Shown piece after piece: positions 9,139-18,500 of a stretch of DNA of 24,000 nucleotides. The position numbers were made by a program, and so were the translations under genes. Position 1 is the first letter of the stretch. Every line of letters starts with the position of its first letter. The stretch covers positions 28,152-52,151 of the forward strand of contig NZ_QEWR01000008.1 of assembly GCF_003121925.1 (NCBI RefSeq), given 5' to 3'. Source of the stretch: Ignatzschineria indica. Its GTDB lineage: Bacteria > Pseudomonadota > Gammaproteobacteria > Cardiobacteriales > Wohlfahrtiimonadaceae. The notes below the pieces were generated by a model, which ran no database searches, was not told where the DNA came from, and saw only the letters and a program-made list of their open reading frames with translations.

Positions 9139-9442
9139 CCCCTCTTATCGATTTTTTTTTACTTTTTTCCCCTATCCCGATAAATTCCCCTATAAATCTC
9201 TCTAAAAAGTATCGATAACTCAAGGCTTATCTCTCGATCCACCCCTTCACTCCCCATCTTAAAATCTTTGAAACTCAAAAAGCTGCTGATCTTTTGAGCA
9301 ATACCATCTTAAAAGATCAAACAGTAAAAGGTTCTATAAAAGAGCTTAGACATCTTTTTTATTCTCCACTATCATCATACGATCGTATAGCGCTCTTGAG
9401 GCCTATCATCCTCTTATTTTTATTCATCAAAGGACAATCAAC

Positions 9443-10660
9443 GTGAAAAGTCGTCTATTTGGCAGCACTCTTATTATTGCTGGAACAGCAGTAGGTGCGG
9501 GAATGTTAGCCATGCCCTTAACTTCAGCACAGATGGGATTCGGCATGACCTTTATTCTGCTCTTCTCATTATGGATCCTCCTCACCTTTACCGCACTTCT
9601 CTACGCTGAAGTTCATCAATACAGCCCTATTGATGCCGGCATTGCAACGATCACAGAACAATATTTTGGAATAACAGGCCGCCTTGTCGTTAACTTTATT
9701 CTTCTCTTCTTTATGTATGCCGTCCTGACGGCTTACATTACAGGAAGCGGTAATCTTCTCTTTAACTTAATTCCTAAATCCTTCAATCTAGATCCCGTTA
9801 AAGCCCAAAAGATAGCGGCTCTACTCTTTGCCATTCTCTTTGGTACGATTATTACGATCGGTATCGCACTCTCCGATATGACTAATCGTCTCTTCTTTAC
9901 CTTGAAGGTGATTAGCTTTATTGTCCTACTCTATCTTCTGTTTGGGAAGTTCTCCTTTAGTAACTTGCATTATGCTCCCACCAACAATCTTTTAGTGATC
10001 TCAGCACTTCCCATCTTCTTTATGACCTTTGGTTTTCATATCTGTACACCTACAATTAATGAATATCTACAGGGAGATCATCAAAAACTTAAATTAGCCG
10101 CCATTTTAGGGTCAACAGGTATCTTTCTTATCTATATTATTTGGCAGATGGCCACTCATGGCGTTCTCAAACAGGGAGATCTTATCGCAATACTCAACAA
10201 AGATCCAAGCCTCAACGGCTTAATTACAGCCTTTGAAATCACCACAGGCAGTAAAACAATTAGTGAAATTGTTCGTGTATTTTCAGTTCTAGCGCTGACA
10301 ACGTCATATATTGGCGTCTCACTAGGGCTCTCTAATGCAGTAAAAGATCTTCTCGCCCACTTCAACCTTAGCAAAAGTAATCTAATGGTCGGAGCAATTA
10401 CCTTTATTCCCCCGATTATTGTTGGGTTTACCTACCCCACTATCTTCTTAAGTGCATTTGCTTTTGCCGGCGTTATCTTTGCCTTTATCGGCGTCATCTT
10501 ACCCGTTCTTTTAGTCTATAAAGCACGAAAAAAATACCCTGATGGGAAACGAGTAAGAGGCGGAAATCTCTCATTAATTCTCGCCCTACTCTTCGCTGCG
10601 GTCATTATTTTTGTAGGCAGTTTTCCTGAACTTCTCAATCTGCCAAGCGTGGTGGGTTAA
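9443..10660 (+). CDS. Aromatic amino acid permease of the Mtr/TnaB/TyrP (HAAAP) family
   Basis: GTG start preceded by aaagga; 405 aa, about 11 TM segments; GSTLIIAGTAVGAGMLAMPL signature. Substrate (Tyr or Trp) not resolvable by eye. Confidence 0.85.
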   Translation: MKSRLFGSTLIIAGTAVGAGMLAMPLTSAQMGFGMTFILLFSLWILLTFTALLYAEVHQYSPIDAGIATITEQYFGITGRLVVNFILLFFMYAVLTAYITGSGNLLFNLIPKSFNLDPVKAQKIAALLFAILFGTIITIGIALSDMTNRLFFTLKVISFIVLLYLLFGKFSFSNLHYAPTNNLLVISALPIFFMTFGFHICTPTINEYLQGDHQKLKLAAILGSTGIFLIYIIWQMATHGVLKQGDLIAILNKDPSLNGLITAFEITTGSKTISEIVRVFSVLALTTSYIGVSLGLSNAVKDLLAHFNLSKSNLMVGAITFIPPIIVGFTYPTIFLSAFAFAGVIFAFIGVILPVLLVYKARKKYPDGKRVRGGNLSLILALLFAAVIIFVGSFPELLNLPSVVG

Positions 10661-10793
10661 TCTGTTATAAACGTCTATAGAAGTGTGTATTTTCAAAAAG
10701 AAAAACAAAAACTCAATAACAATAACAATCCTAAGATATTAAGATAATTAATAGGATAGTGACACAGCAAAACAGTAGAAATAACAGATAAAT

Positions 10794-10830
10794 AAAAAGA
10801 GTTATCGCTCTCTTGGCGGTAACTCTTTTT
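10794..10830 (+). terminator. Terminator downstream of the aromatic amino acid permease
   Basis: aaaaagagttatcg ... cggtaactcttttt, 14-bp stem with one G-U, followed by T-run. Confidence 0.75.
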
Positions 10831-10942
10831 TATCATGTTTATGAAGAGGTTTAAGGGGTAGATCGATATAGTGAATCAAAACAATGTTTCAGTACTCTCT
10901 TTTTTCTTTTCTCTTTTTCTTTTCTCTTTTAAAGTAGAGCTC

Positions 10943-11656
10943 TTACTGAATATCTAAATTCACCATCTCTCTTAATGTATCGATATCTAATAATTTAATC
11001 TGACGATGGTTAACCTCAATCAGATTTTGATCTTGGAGCTTTTTAAGGAGACGACTTACAGTCTCAACAGCTAAACCGAGATAACTCCCGATATCCGCTC
11101 GGGACATACTTAACGAAAACTCAGTCTCAGAGTAACCACGACGCTTCAATCGTGCGGAAAGACTTAAAAAGAGCGCGATTAATCGTGATTTAGCAGGTTG
11201 AGAACCGATCATTGTCATCATCTGTCCATCACACTTAATCTCATGACTCATTATCTTCAACAGTTGTCTCGAAATATTAGGGATTGTGACAGCAATAGTA
11301 TCTAATTGACTATAGGGAATTTCACAAAGACTGGTTGTCTCTAATGTCTTTGCACCACAAGCATGTACTCCTGAACTTAAAGCATCTAAACCGATAATCT
11401 CTCCGGGAAGATAGAAGCTAGTTACATACTCAGAACCATCATTTGCCACCTTATAGGTCTTAACAGCTCCTGAACGGACTGCATAGAGAGAGGTAAATTG
11501 ATCTCCTGGATAATAGATATGCTTACCGCGTGATAACGGTTTTCCTCTCTGTACAATCTTCTCAAGCTTTACAAACTCGCTATTTTCAAGCCCTACAGGA
11601 AGACAGAGCTGCTGTAAACTACAGTTCCCACATGCAACTTTAATCTTTTTTAGCAT
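10943..11656 (-). CDS. fnr: Oxygen-sensing transcriptional regulator FNR
   Basis: Cys ligands CGNCSLQQLC plus LCEIP (equivalent of E. coli Cys20/23/29/122), cNMP-binding domain, and recognition helix LGLAVETVSRLLKKLQ. Confidence 0.93.
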   Translation of the reverse strand: MLKKIKVACGNCSLQQLCLPVGLENSEFVKLEKIVQRGKPLSRGKHIYYPGDQFTSLYAVRSGAVKTYKVANDGSEYVTSFYLPGEIIGLDALSSGVHACGAKTLETTSLCEIPYSQLDTIAVTIPNISRQLLKIMSHEIKCDGQMMTMIGSQPAKSRLIALFLSLSARLKRRGYSETEFSLSMSRADIGSYLGLAVETVSRLLKKLQDQNLIEVNHRQIKLLDIDTLREMVNLDIQ

Positions 11657-11932
11657 CCCTTTTACCTCAAACCAACTAATGTTAATACCCTTTTTACGCC
11701 AAACTTAAGCTAGCAATAAAAAGGGCTCTTAAAAATTAAAACTCAATTATAGACCTATTATAAACACCATGAGTATAAATTATCTGATTACACCCAATCG
11801 CTCAACATGCCCTACTGCGACCTATAATCACGACTCTCTAAAATTGAGGGAAATTATAGAGAATATTAATCTCATTGCAATTTTAATAATGAAAAAAGTA
11901 ATAAAAAAGACAATAAGAGACAAATATAATGA

Positions 11933-11946
11933 TTGATAATAATCAA
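11933..11946. promoter_or_regulatory. Perfect FNR box TTGATAATAATCAA
   Basis: Exact match to TTGAT-N4-ATCAA, 277-290 nt upstream of the fnr start codon. Confidence 0.6.
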
Positions 11947-12219
11947 ACTATAATAGGTCGATATATCTCTCCCCCCTCTATTTACCTAACTCCTTTACTC
12001 CCCTCTCTTTTCAATACTGGCATCCCTTCAATAGAACCTCTTAAAAAATAATTATTAAGATATGCTTAAATATATTAAATTCTACAAATGGATATATTAT
12101 ATAGTTGCTGATTGCTAATAAGGTTTCTAATAAGGCTATTAAGCGCAACAAGATCTATTTATCGTAGATATATCCTATGAATATATATCCTCTTAAACTA
12201 TCTCACGGTAAAGCTTCAC

Positions 12220-12576
12220 TTAAAAGGTCGTATCAGAGAGATTTAATAAAATAACTCCTAGTACCACTAGCGTTAAACTTATGACTTTTTGAATACTTAA
12301 ATGCTCTTTAAAGAAGACTGCACCAGAGAGTGTCATCAACACTGTCGACAGACCTGCCCAAACGGCATAACCGATACTCATATCGATCCGCTGCATAACA
12401 AGCGTAATAATGAAGAGGAAGAGAGAGTAACCAACAATAACGCCAAGCAGTACAATCTTTGGCGATCCTCCCCCTAAAAACTTTAAACTCGTTGTGGCAA
12501 AAGCACTACAAAAAATTGCAAAAACAAGTAATACCCACGCATTAATGGTACCTAAAAAATTTAAAATTTCACCCAT
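12220..12576 (-). CDS. SMR-family transporter subunit (MdtI-like) lacking the TM1 glutamate
   Basis: 118 aa, 4 TM; IGYAVWAGLS motif and FFKEHLS; TM1 is VFAIFCSAFATTSLK. Overlaps the next gene by 8 nt. Confidence 0.8.
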   Translation of the reverse strand: MGEILNFLGTINAWVLLVFAIFCSAFATTSLKFLGGGSPKIVLLGVIVGYSLFLFIITLVMQRIDMSIGYAVWAGLSTVLMTLSGAVFFKEHLSIQKVISLTLVVLGVILLNLSDTTF

Positions 12577-12910
12577 GCTTCACCTTTTTAGGTTGGGGTT
12601 CAAGGGAGAGCCCCGCAACACCTAAACCGATTAAAACAAACGCTACAATTTTCATCCCTGATAGATGCGCATCAAAAAATAGAATATCAATTACAGAGAT
12701 TGCAACCATTCCTATGGCTGTCCATAGGGCATAGGCAATCGATATCTGTATCCGTGCAATACAGGCGACAAAGGCCATAAACCCTAAACCATAAAAAAAC
12801 AACATAAGTAGAGAGGGCAATATCTCATTAAATCCATCTGATAGTTTCATGCAGACTGTTCCTAAAACCTCAAAACAGATCGCAATGCCCATTAAAAATC
12901 CTGCTGGCAT
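12569..12910 (-). CDS. SMR-family transporter subunit (MdtJ-like)
   Basis: 113 aa, 4 TM; AICFEVLGTVCMKLSDG with TM1 Glu, ISIAYALWTAIG, charged C-terminal tail. Confidence 0.85.
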   Translation of the reverse strand: MPAGFLMGIAICFEVLGTVCMKLSDGFNEILPSLLMLFFYGLGFMAFVACIARIQISIAYALWTAIGMVAISVIDILFFDAHLSGMKIVAFVLIGLGVAGLSLEPQPKKVKHG

Positions 12911-12938
12911 AATTCCCTTTCTATTGAATAGTCATTCA

Positions 12939-12957
12939 AAATATGAGAATCATTCTA
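12939..12957. promoter_or_regulatory. Possible Fur-like operator upstream of the SMR pair
   Basis: aaatatgagaatcattcta matches the 19-bp Fur consensus GATAATGATAATCATTATC at 13/19 positions; adjacent inverted repeat TGAAT-N4-ATTCA at 12925-12938. Confidence 0.3.
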
Positions 12958-13176
12958 CACACTTTTTCCATACTCTTCTGCTCTAATTGAGCATTATCCC
13001 TCTATTAATTAACCATAATCGTGATTTTTATCGCTAAAAATAGTTCCTCTTCATCAAAAATAGAGTCCGATTCCTCAATGATCATACTCAATACCCCACA
13101 CTCAATGACTTATAAATAACTCATTATGATTAGCTCCTAAAAGTCGTGCTCTACGAATCATGGAATCATGATATAA

Positions 13177-13218
13177 ACTAAAGACTAAAGATAGAGAATA
13201 GAGAATAGAGAATAGAGA
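13177..13218. repeat. Heptanucleotide tandem repeats ACTAAAG x2 then ATAGAGA x4
   Basis: actaaag actaaag atagaga atagaga atagaga atagaga, directly upstream of the tRNA-fMet promoter. Confidence 0.85.
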
Positions 13219-13248
13219 GAGGTTTTATAAATTATTTCATAAAACCTA

Positions 13249-13276
13249 TTGCTTTTATGAAAAGTTCATCTATAAT
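13249..13276 (+). promoter_or_regulatory. Promoter of the tRNA-fMet/rimP-nusA-infB operon
   Basis: TTGCTT (13249-13254), 16 nt, TATAAT (13271-13276); tRNA starts at 13291. Confidence 0.7.
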
Positions 13277-13290
13277 AGTCTCTTCATTGA

Positions 13291-13367
<77 letters not shown>

Positions 13368-13376
13368 AATAATAAT

Positions 13377-13403
13377 AAAAGCCCGTTTTTAAACGGGCTT
13401 TTT
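13377..13403 (+). terminator. Terminator after tRNA-fMet, before rimP
   Basis: aaaagcccgttt-tt-aaacgggctttttt-like stem with T-run. Confidence 0.75.
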
Positions 13404-13437
13404 GCATATTTAAATTTTTTTATGGAAATCACTCTAT

Positions 13438-13914
13438 ATGCGTAAAGATCCTTATAACCTGTCAGAACTCTTATCTCCTTCTATAGAGGCGTTAGGGTAT
13501 CAACTATGGGGAATTGAATTTCACCCAAATTCAAAGAATGCTATTTTGCGCATCTATATCGACAAAGAAGATGGCATTGGCATTGAAGATTGTGAGATTG
13601 TGAGCAATCAAGTCGCTGGACTTTTAGATGTCCACGATCCCATTACGATGGCTTACACCTTAGAAGTCTCCTCCCCCGGCTTAGATCGTTATTTCTTTAC
13701 GCCGGAACAATTTGCAGCTTATAAAGATCAATTGATTGCATTCCAACTACGTTCAGCTATCGATAACCGTCGTCGCTTTCAAGGAAAGGTTGTGGATGTA
13801 ACAGAGAGTGACTTAAGCGTCGTCGTCAAATTAGAGAATGATCAGTTCTCCGATGAACCGATATCAGTTCCTTTATCCAACATTGACCGAGCACAACTTG
13901 TGATCGATTTTTAA
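13438..13914 (+). CDS. rimP: Ribosome maturation factor RimP
   Basis: ALGYQLWGIEF...LRIYIDKEDGIGIEDCEIVSNQVAGLLDV...YTLEVSSPGLDR; upstream of nusA. Confidence 0.95.
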   Translation: MRKDPYNLSELLSPSIEALGYQLWGIEFHPNSKNAILRIYIDKEDGIGIEDCEIVSNQVAGLLDVHDPITMAYTLEVSSPGLDRYFFTPEQFAAYKDQLIAFQLRSAIDNRRRFQGKVVDVTESDLSVVVKLENDQFSDEPISVPLSNIDRAQLVIDF

Positions 13915-13934
13915 ATTTTAAAGAGAGTTCTCAA

Positions 13935-15428
13935 ATGAATAATAAAGAAATCATGCTCGTTGCAGAAACCGTCTCTAATGAAAAAGGCATCTCTCGTGAT
14001 GAGATTTTTACAGCATTAGAGCATGCCCTTGCAGCAGCTGCACGCAGAACTTACAACATTGATGTCGATCTTCGTATCGAAATTGATAGAACCGATGGTT
14101 CATACCGTACATTCCGTCGTTGGATGGTTGTTGATGATCACTTGCCACAAGAAGAACAAGTGCCGACTCGTCAAATCACACTCTCCGCTGCTCAAATTGA
14201 TGATCCTGAAATTGCAATTGGTGACTTTATCGAAGAGGAGATTGAGAATATCCCCTTTGCTCGCATCGGCGCACAAACAGCAAAACAGATTATTTTTCAA
14301 AAAATTCGTGAAGCGGAAAGAATGCAGATGGCTCGTCGCTATGAAAACCGTATTGGTGAGTTAATTCGTGGCACCATCAAACGCATTGATCACGGTAACT
14401 TCTATGTTGATATTGGCGATAATGATGAAGCATTCTTACCAAAAGAGAATATGATTCCTAGAGAGTCACTCCGTATTGGTAATCAAGTTCGTGCTGTCTT
14501 AGAAGAGATCAGCATGGATAATCCAAGAGGACCACAAATTATTCTCTCAAGAAGAAGTGATGATCTTATTAAAGCACTCTTTGAGATTGAAGTTCCTGAA
14601 ATCAATCAAGGCTCGATTGAAATTATCGATGCTAGCCGTGATCCTGGAAGTCGTGCTAAAATTGCAGTTAAAACCCACGATCAAAGAATTGACCCAGTTG
14701 GCGCATGTGTCGGTATGAGAGGCTCTCGTGTACAAAATATCACAAAAGAGTTAGCTGGCGAGCGCGTTGATATCGTTCTTTGGGATGAAAATCCTGTGCA
14801 ATTTGTTATTAATGCGATGTCTCCTGCTGAAGTGATGTCTGTCGTGGTTGATGAAGATCGTCATATGATGGATATTGCTGTGAGCCAAGACAAGCTATCT
14901 CAAGCGATTGGTCGTGGTGGACAAAACGTTCGTTTAGCTTCAAAACTAACTGGTTGGGAGCTCAATGTGATGGGTAATGAAGAAGCCCAACAAAAATATG
15001 AGAAAGAGTCTGAACGTATCTTAGATCTCTTTATGGATGCACTTAATGTAGATGAAGAAGTTGCTGAAATCTTAATGCGTGAAGGCTTCTCCACTATTGA
15101 AGAAGTGGCTTATGTCCCTGTACTAGAGATGATTGAGATTGAAGAGTTTGATGAAGAGATTGTCGAAGCACTTCGTGATGCTGCCCTTGAAGCTCTCAAC
15201 AATAAGAAAGAACTTCTTCAAAACTTAGGGGAATCAGCACCAACCCCAGAGCTCATTGCCGTACTTGAAGATAATGAGTTACTTGCAATCGCGCTTGCAA
15301 AAAATGGTATCCGTACGCTCGATGACTTAGCTGAACTATCAACAGATGAGTTATGTGAATTAACCAGTATCGATGAGGACGATGCAAGCAAATATATTAT
15401 GGCAGCAAGACAGAGTTGGTTTGAATAA
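13935..15428 (+). CDS. nusA: Transcription termination/antitermination protein NusA
   Basis: 497 aa; S1 domain GTIKRIDHGNFYVDIGDNDEAFLPKE, KH domains, and C-terminal acidic repeats. Confidence 0.97.
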   Translation: MNNKEIMLVAETVSNEKGISRDEIFTALEHALAAAARRTYNIDVDLRIEIDRTDGSYRTFRRWMVVDDHLPQEEQVPTRQITLSAAQIDDPEIAIGDFIEEEIENIPFARIGAQTAKQIIFQKIREAERMQMARRYENRIGELIRGTIKRIDHGNFYVDIGDNDEAFLPKENMIPRESLRIGNQVRAVLEEISMDNPRGPQIILSRRSDDLIKALFEIEVPEINQGSIEIIDASRDPGSRAKIAVKTHDQRIDPVGACVGMRGSRVQNITKELAGERVDIVLWDENPVQFVINAMSPAEVMSVVVDEDRHMMDIAVSQDKLSQAIGRGGQNVRLASKLTGWELNVMGNEEAQQKYEKESERILDLFMDALNVDEEVAEILMREGFSTIEEVAYVPVLEMIEIEEFDEEIVEALRDAALEALNNKKELLQNLGESAPTPELIAVLEDNELLAIALAKNGIRTLDDLAELSTDELCELTSIDEDDASKYIMAARQSWFE

Positions 15429-15484
15429 TATGAATAGTTAAACATTTTAAAATAGACATAGAGTGTCTACTTGGAAGATTGAGA

Positions 15485-18103
15485 ATGAGTGAAAAAGATA
15501 AAACAAAAAGCCCTTCAAAAATTACGATTAAACGAAAAACCCATACGGAACTAAAAGTTGAAACTGCACCTGGCCGTGCAAGAACTGTTCCTGTAGAAGT
15601 TCGTCGTCGTCGTACTTATGTGAAGCAAAAAGAAGCTAATAATGCTGTATTACCTGAAGAAAACATTACTTCAGTTGCAGTTGATGAGGCTGCTAAAAAA
15701 GTAGATAGTGTAGCTGAACAAGCAACAAAACCTGAAGTACTTCCGGTAGACACAACAGAAACTAAATCTAAAAACGAAACAAAAAAAGTTGTTGAAACCT
15801 CAACAACCGCTGATAAGGCTGAGATGGAAGCGAAACGAAAAGCGGAACAAGAAGCAAAAAGACAAGAAGCTGAACAACATCAGCTTGAACGTCAAAATGC
15901 AGCAAAAGAACGCGCTGAAAGAGAATTAGAAGAGAAACGAGAAGCTGAAAGAGCTAAAAAAGAGCAACGTGAAAAGGCGCAACAAGAAGAGATTGCACGT
16001 CTTAATCGTATGGCATCTGCTTCTGAAAAACCGGTATCAAAAGTAGCGATCCAATTCCAAACTCAGGAAGAGGAAGAGAAGGTTGAAGAAGTGCCCGTTG
16101 CCGATATTGTTGAAAAAGATGATGAAGAGATCTTAATCAAGCCGGTAAAACGCTCAGCAAAACTAGACAGTGATAAAGTAGATAGTAAAAAGACACGCAA
16201 AGCGGGATCGAAACGCCGTGGTCGTGATGACGATAATGATCGTGCTGAGATCTCATTAAAACGAGAAAATAAACGTAATCGCCGACAAACAAGACGTAAT
16301 CAGCCACAACAGCAACATGGCTTCCAATTACCAACTGCGACAAAACAGATCGAAGTGGAATTAGGCGAAACGATCAGTGTTGCGGATCTTGCTCATAAAA
16401 TGTCAGTGAAAGCAGCAGAAGTGATTAAAGCCTTAATGAACTTAGGTTCAATGGTGACAATCAACCAGCTGCTCGATCGTGAAACGGCCGCAATTATAGT
16501 CGAAGAGATGGGACACACTTACAAGTTTGTCAGTGAAAATCCTCTTGAAGAGGAGTTGATCGCATCGATTGAACAAGGTGATGTTGATCTTATTAAACCA
16601 CGCCCACCTGTTGTAACGATTATGGGGCACGTTGACCATGGTAAAACATCACTACTTGACTATATTCGTAAAGAGCATGTCGCAAGTGGTGAAGCGGGTG
16701 GAATTACCCAACATATCGGAGCTTATCATGTTAAAACCGATAAAGGGGTCATTACATTCCTCGATACACCAGGACACAGTGCCTTTGCGGCAATGCGTGC
16801 TCGTGGGGCTAAAGTGACCGATATTGTGGTTCTTGTCATTGCCTCTGATGATGGCATCATGCCTCAAACAATTGAAGGAATTCAGCATGCAAAAGCATCA
16901 AATACTCCTGTTATTGTTGCGGTCACTAAAGTAGATAAACCAACGGCTGATAAAGATCGTATTATGTCTGAATTGACACAATATGGTATCGTTCCTGAAG
17001 AGTGGGGTGGAGATAACCTCTTTGCTTTTGTCTCCTCAAAAACAGGAGAAGGCATTGATCATCTTCTCGATCAGATCTTAGTTCAAGCAGAAGTTTTAGA
17101 GTTAACCGCAATCTCAGAAGGTCCTGCGAGAGGATCTGTTATTGAATCAAAACTCGATCGTGGCCGTGGTCCTGTTGCTTCCGTACTCGTCCAATCAGGT
17201 TGCCTCAAAAAAGGGGATATCCTCCTAGCAGGTTATGAGTATGGCCGTGTGCGTGCATTAATTGATGAAAATGGTAAACAAGTTGAGAGCGCATCACCTT
17301 CAATTCCAGTAGAAGTGATCGGTCTTTCAGGTGTTCCTAATGCCGGGGATGAAGTGATGGTTGTACCTGATGAGCGTAAAGCTCGTGAGATCGCCCTCTT
17401 CCGTCAAGGTAAATATCGCGAAGTTAAATTGGCAAGACAGCATAAATCAAAACTTGAGAATCTCTTTAGCTCAATGGGTTCTGATGAGAATAAACAGCTC
17501 AACATTGTCCTTAAAGCAGATGTTCAAGGTTCTGTTGAAGCGCTTGTGAATGCCCTTGAAGAGCTTTCAAATGATGAAGTAACAGTTAAAGTCATTGCAA
17601 GTGGCGTAGGAGGTATCACCGAATCTGATGCAAACCTTGCTGTCTCATCTGATGCCTTAGTGGTTGGATTTAACGTTCGCGCAGATAATACGGCACGTAA
17701 AATTATTGAGGATGAAGGCTTATCACTCTACTACTATAGCGTCATCTATGATGTTATTGATGAGGTGAAGAAAGCCTTAATTGGTAAACTTGCTCCACAG
17801 TTTAAAGAAGAGATTATCGGTATTGCAGAAGTTCGTGATGTCTTTAAATCTCCCAAAATTGGGGCTATTGCCGGCTGTATGGTAACGGAAGGTATTATTA
17901 AACGAAATAATCCTATTCGTGTCCTTCGTGATAACATTGTGATCTATGAAGGGGAGCTTGAATCACTCCGTCGCTTTAAAGATGATGTGAATGAAGTTCG
18001 GGCAGGCATTGAGTGTGGTATCGGTGTGAAAAACTATAATGATGTTCGCACAGGTGACCAAATTGAAGTCTTTGAAACAGTGGAAGTAGAGCGAAAGTTA
18101 TAA
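15485..18103 (+). CDS. infB: Translation initiation factor IF-2
   Basis: IF2 N-terminal domain, long KAE-rich linker, and G domain [16 protein letters not shown]...[11 protein letters not shown] opens at TTG 15479; ATG 15485 (MSEKDKTK) preferred. Confidence 0.97.
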   Translation: MSEKDKTKSPSKITIKRKTHTELKVETAPGRARTVPVEVRRRRTYVKQKEANNAVLPEENITSVAVDEAAKKVDSVAEQATKPEVLPVDTTETKSKNETKKVVETSTTADKAEMEAKRKAEQEAKRQEAEQHQLERQNAAKERAERELEEKREAERAKKEQREKAQQEEIARLNRMASASEKPVSKVAIQFQTQEEEEKVEEVPVADIVEKDDEEILIKPVKRSAKLDSDKVDSKKTRKAGSKRRGRDDDNDRAEISLKRENKRNRRQTRRNQPQQQHGFQLPTATKQIEVELGETISVADLAHKMSVKAAEVIKALMNLGSMVTINQLLDRETAAIIVEEMGHTYKFVSENPLEEELIASIEQGDVDLIKPRPPVVTIMGHVDHGKTSLLDYIRKEHVASGEAGGITQHIGAYHVKTDKGVITFLDTPGHSAFAAMRARGAKVTDIVVLVIASDDGIMPQTIEGIQHAKASNTPVIVAVTKVDKPTADKDRIMSELTQYGIVPEEWGGDNLFAFVSSKTGEGIDHLLDQILVQAEVLELTAISEGPARGSVIESKLDRGRGPVASVLVQSGCLKKGDILLAGYEYGRVRALIDENGKQVESASPSIPVEVIGLSGVPNAGDEVMVVPDERKAREIALFRQGKYREVKLARQHKSKLENLFSSMGSDENKQLNIVLKADVQGSVEALVNALEELSNDEVTVKVIASGVGGITESDANLAVSSDALVVGFNVRADNTARKIIEDEGLSLYYYSVIYDVIDEVKKALIGKLAPQFKEEIIGIAEVRDVFKSPKIGAIAGCMVTEGIIKRNNPIRVLRDNIVIYEGELESLRRFKDDVNEVRAGIECGIGVKNYNDVRTGDQIEVFETVEVERKL

Positions 18104-18104
18104 A

Positions 18105-18500
18105 ATGGATAGCAAAAATTCCCGTTTAAAACGTATAAATGAGCAGCTCCGTCAGGAGCTCTCACTTCTCATACGTAAAGATGTTAGTGACTCTCGGGCG
18201 CTAATGGTCTCAGTAACTCAGGTCGATACCGTGCGAGATTTTTCTCAAGCGAAAGTCTATATCACCTATTTAGGTCCTGATGAGGAGCGTAAAGAGATTA
18301 TCGCGCTACTCCATGAGTATGCTCCTGAGTTTCGTCGTCAATTAGGAAAAATTCTTCGTCTTCGAACGATTCCCCGTTTCCATTTTGTCTACGATGACCT
18401 TCTTGAAAAGAGTAATGCGATCACCTCTTTAATTACAGAAGCGATCCGTTCTGATGAGATGAAAGCTGAAGAGAGCCGTAAAGATGACTCAGAAGATTAA
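18105..18500 (+). CDS. rbfA: Ribosome-binding factor A
   Basis: RLKRINEQLRQELSLLI...VYITYLG...HEYAPEFRRQLGKILRLRTIPRFHFVYDD; between infB and truB. Confidence 0.95.
   Translation: MDSKNSRLKRINEQLRQELSLLIRKDVSDSRALMVSVTQVDTVRDFSQAKVYITYLGPDEERKEIIALLHEYAPEFRRQLGKILRLRTIPRFHFVYDDLLEKSNAITSLITEAIRSDEMKAEESRKDDSED

Noticed and set aside
9021-9223. Two overlapping predicted ORFs (MVGHEGFEPSTNWLKAN... and ...VVEQLAFNQLVEGSNPS)
   Set aside because: They are translations of the tRNA-Lys sequence on both strands, a well-known spurious-protein artefact.
10156-10374. 72-aa ORF antisense to the aromatic amino acid permease
   Set aside because: Shadow ORF; the permease frame is clearly the coding one.
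12911-13200. Guanidine riboswitch upstream of the SMR genes
   Set aside because: Looked for recognisable guanidine-riboswitch landmarks on the minus strand and found none; a covariance-model search would be needed to exclude it.
15830-16000. Repetitive KAE/KRE-rich coding segment as a possible novel repeat protein
   Set aside because: Typical charged linker of proteobacterial IF-2.
16137-16888. Several short ORFs antisense or out-of-frame within infB
   Set aside because: Shadow ORFs of a strong conserved gene; no ribosome-binding sites or family features.
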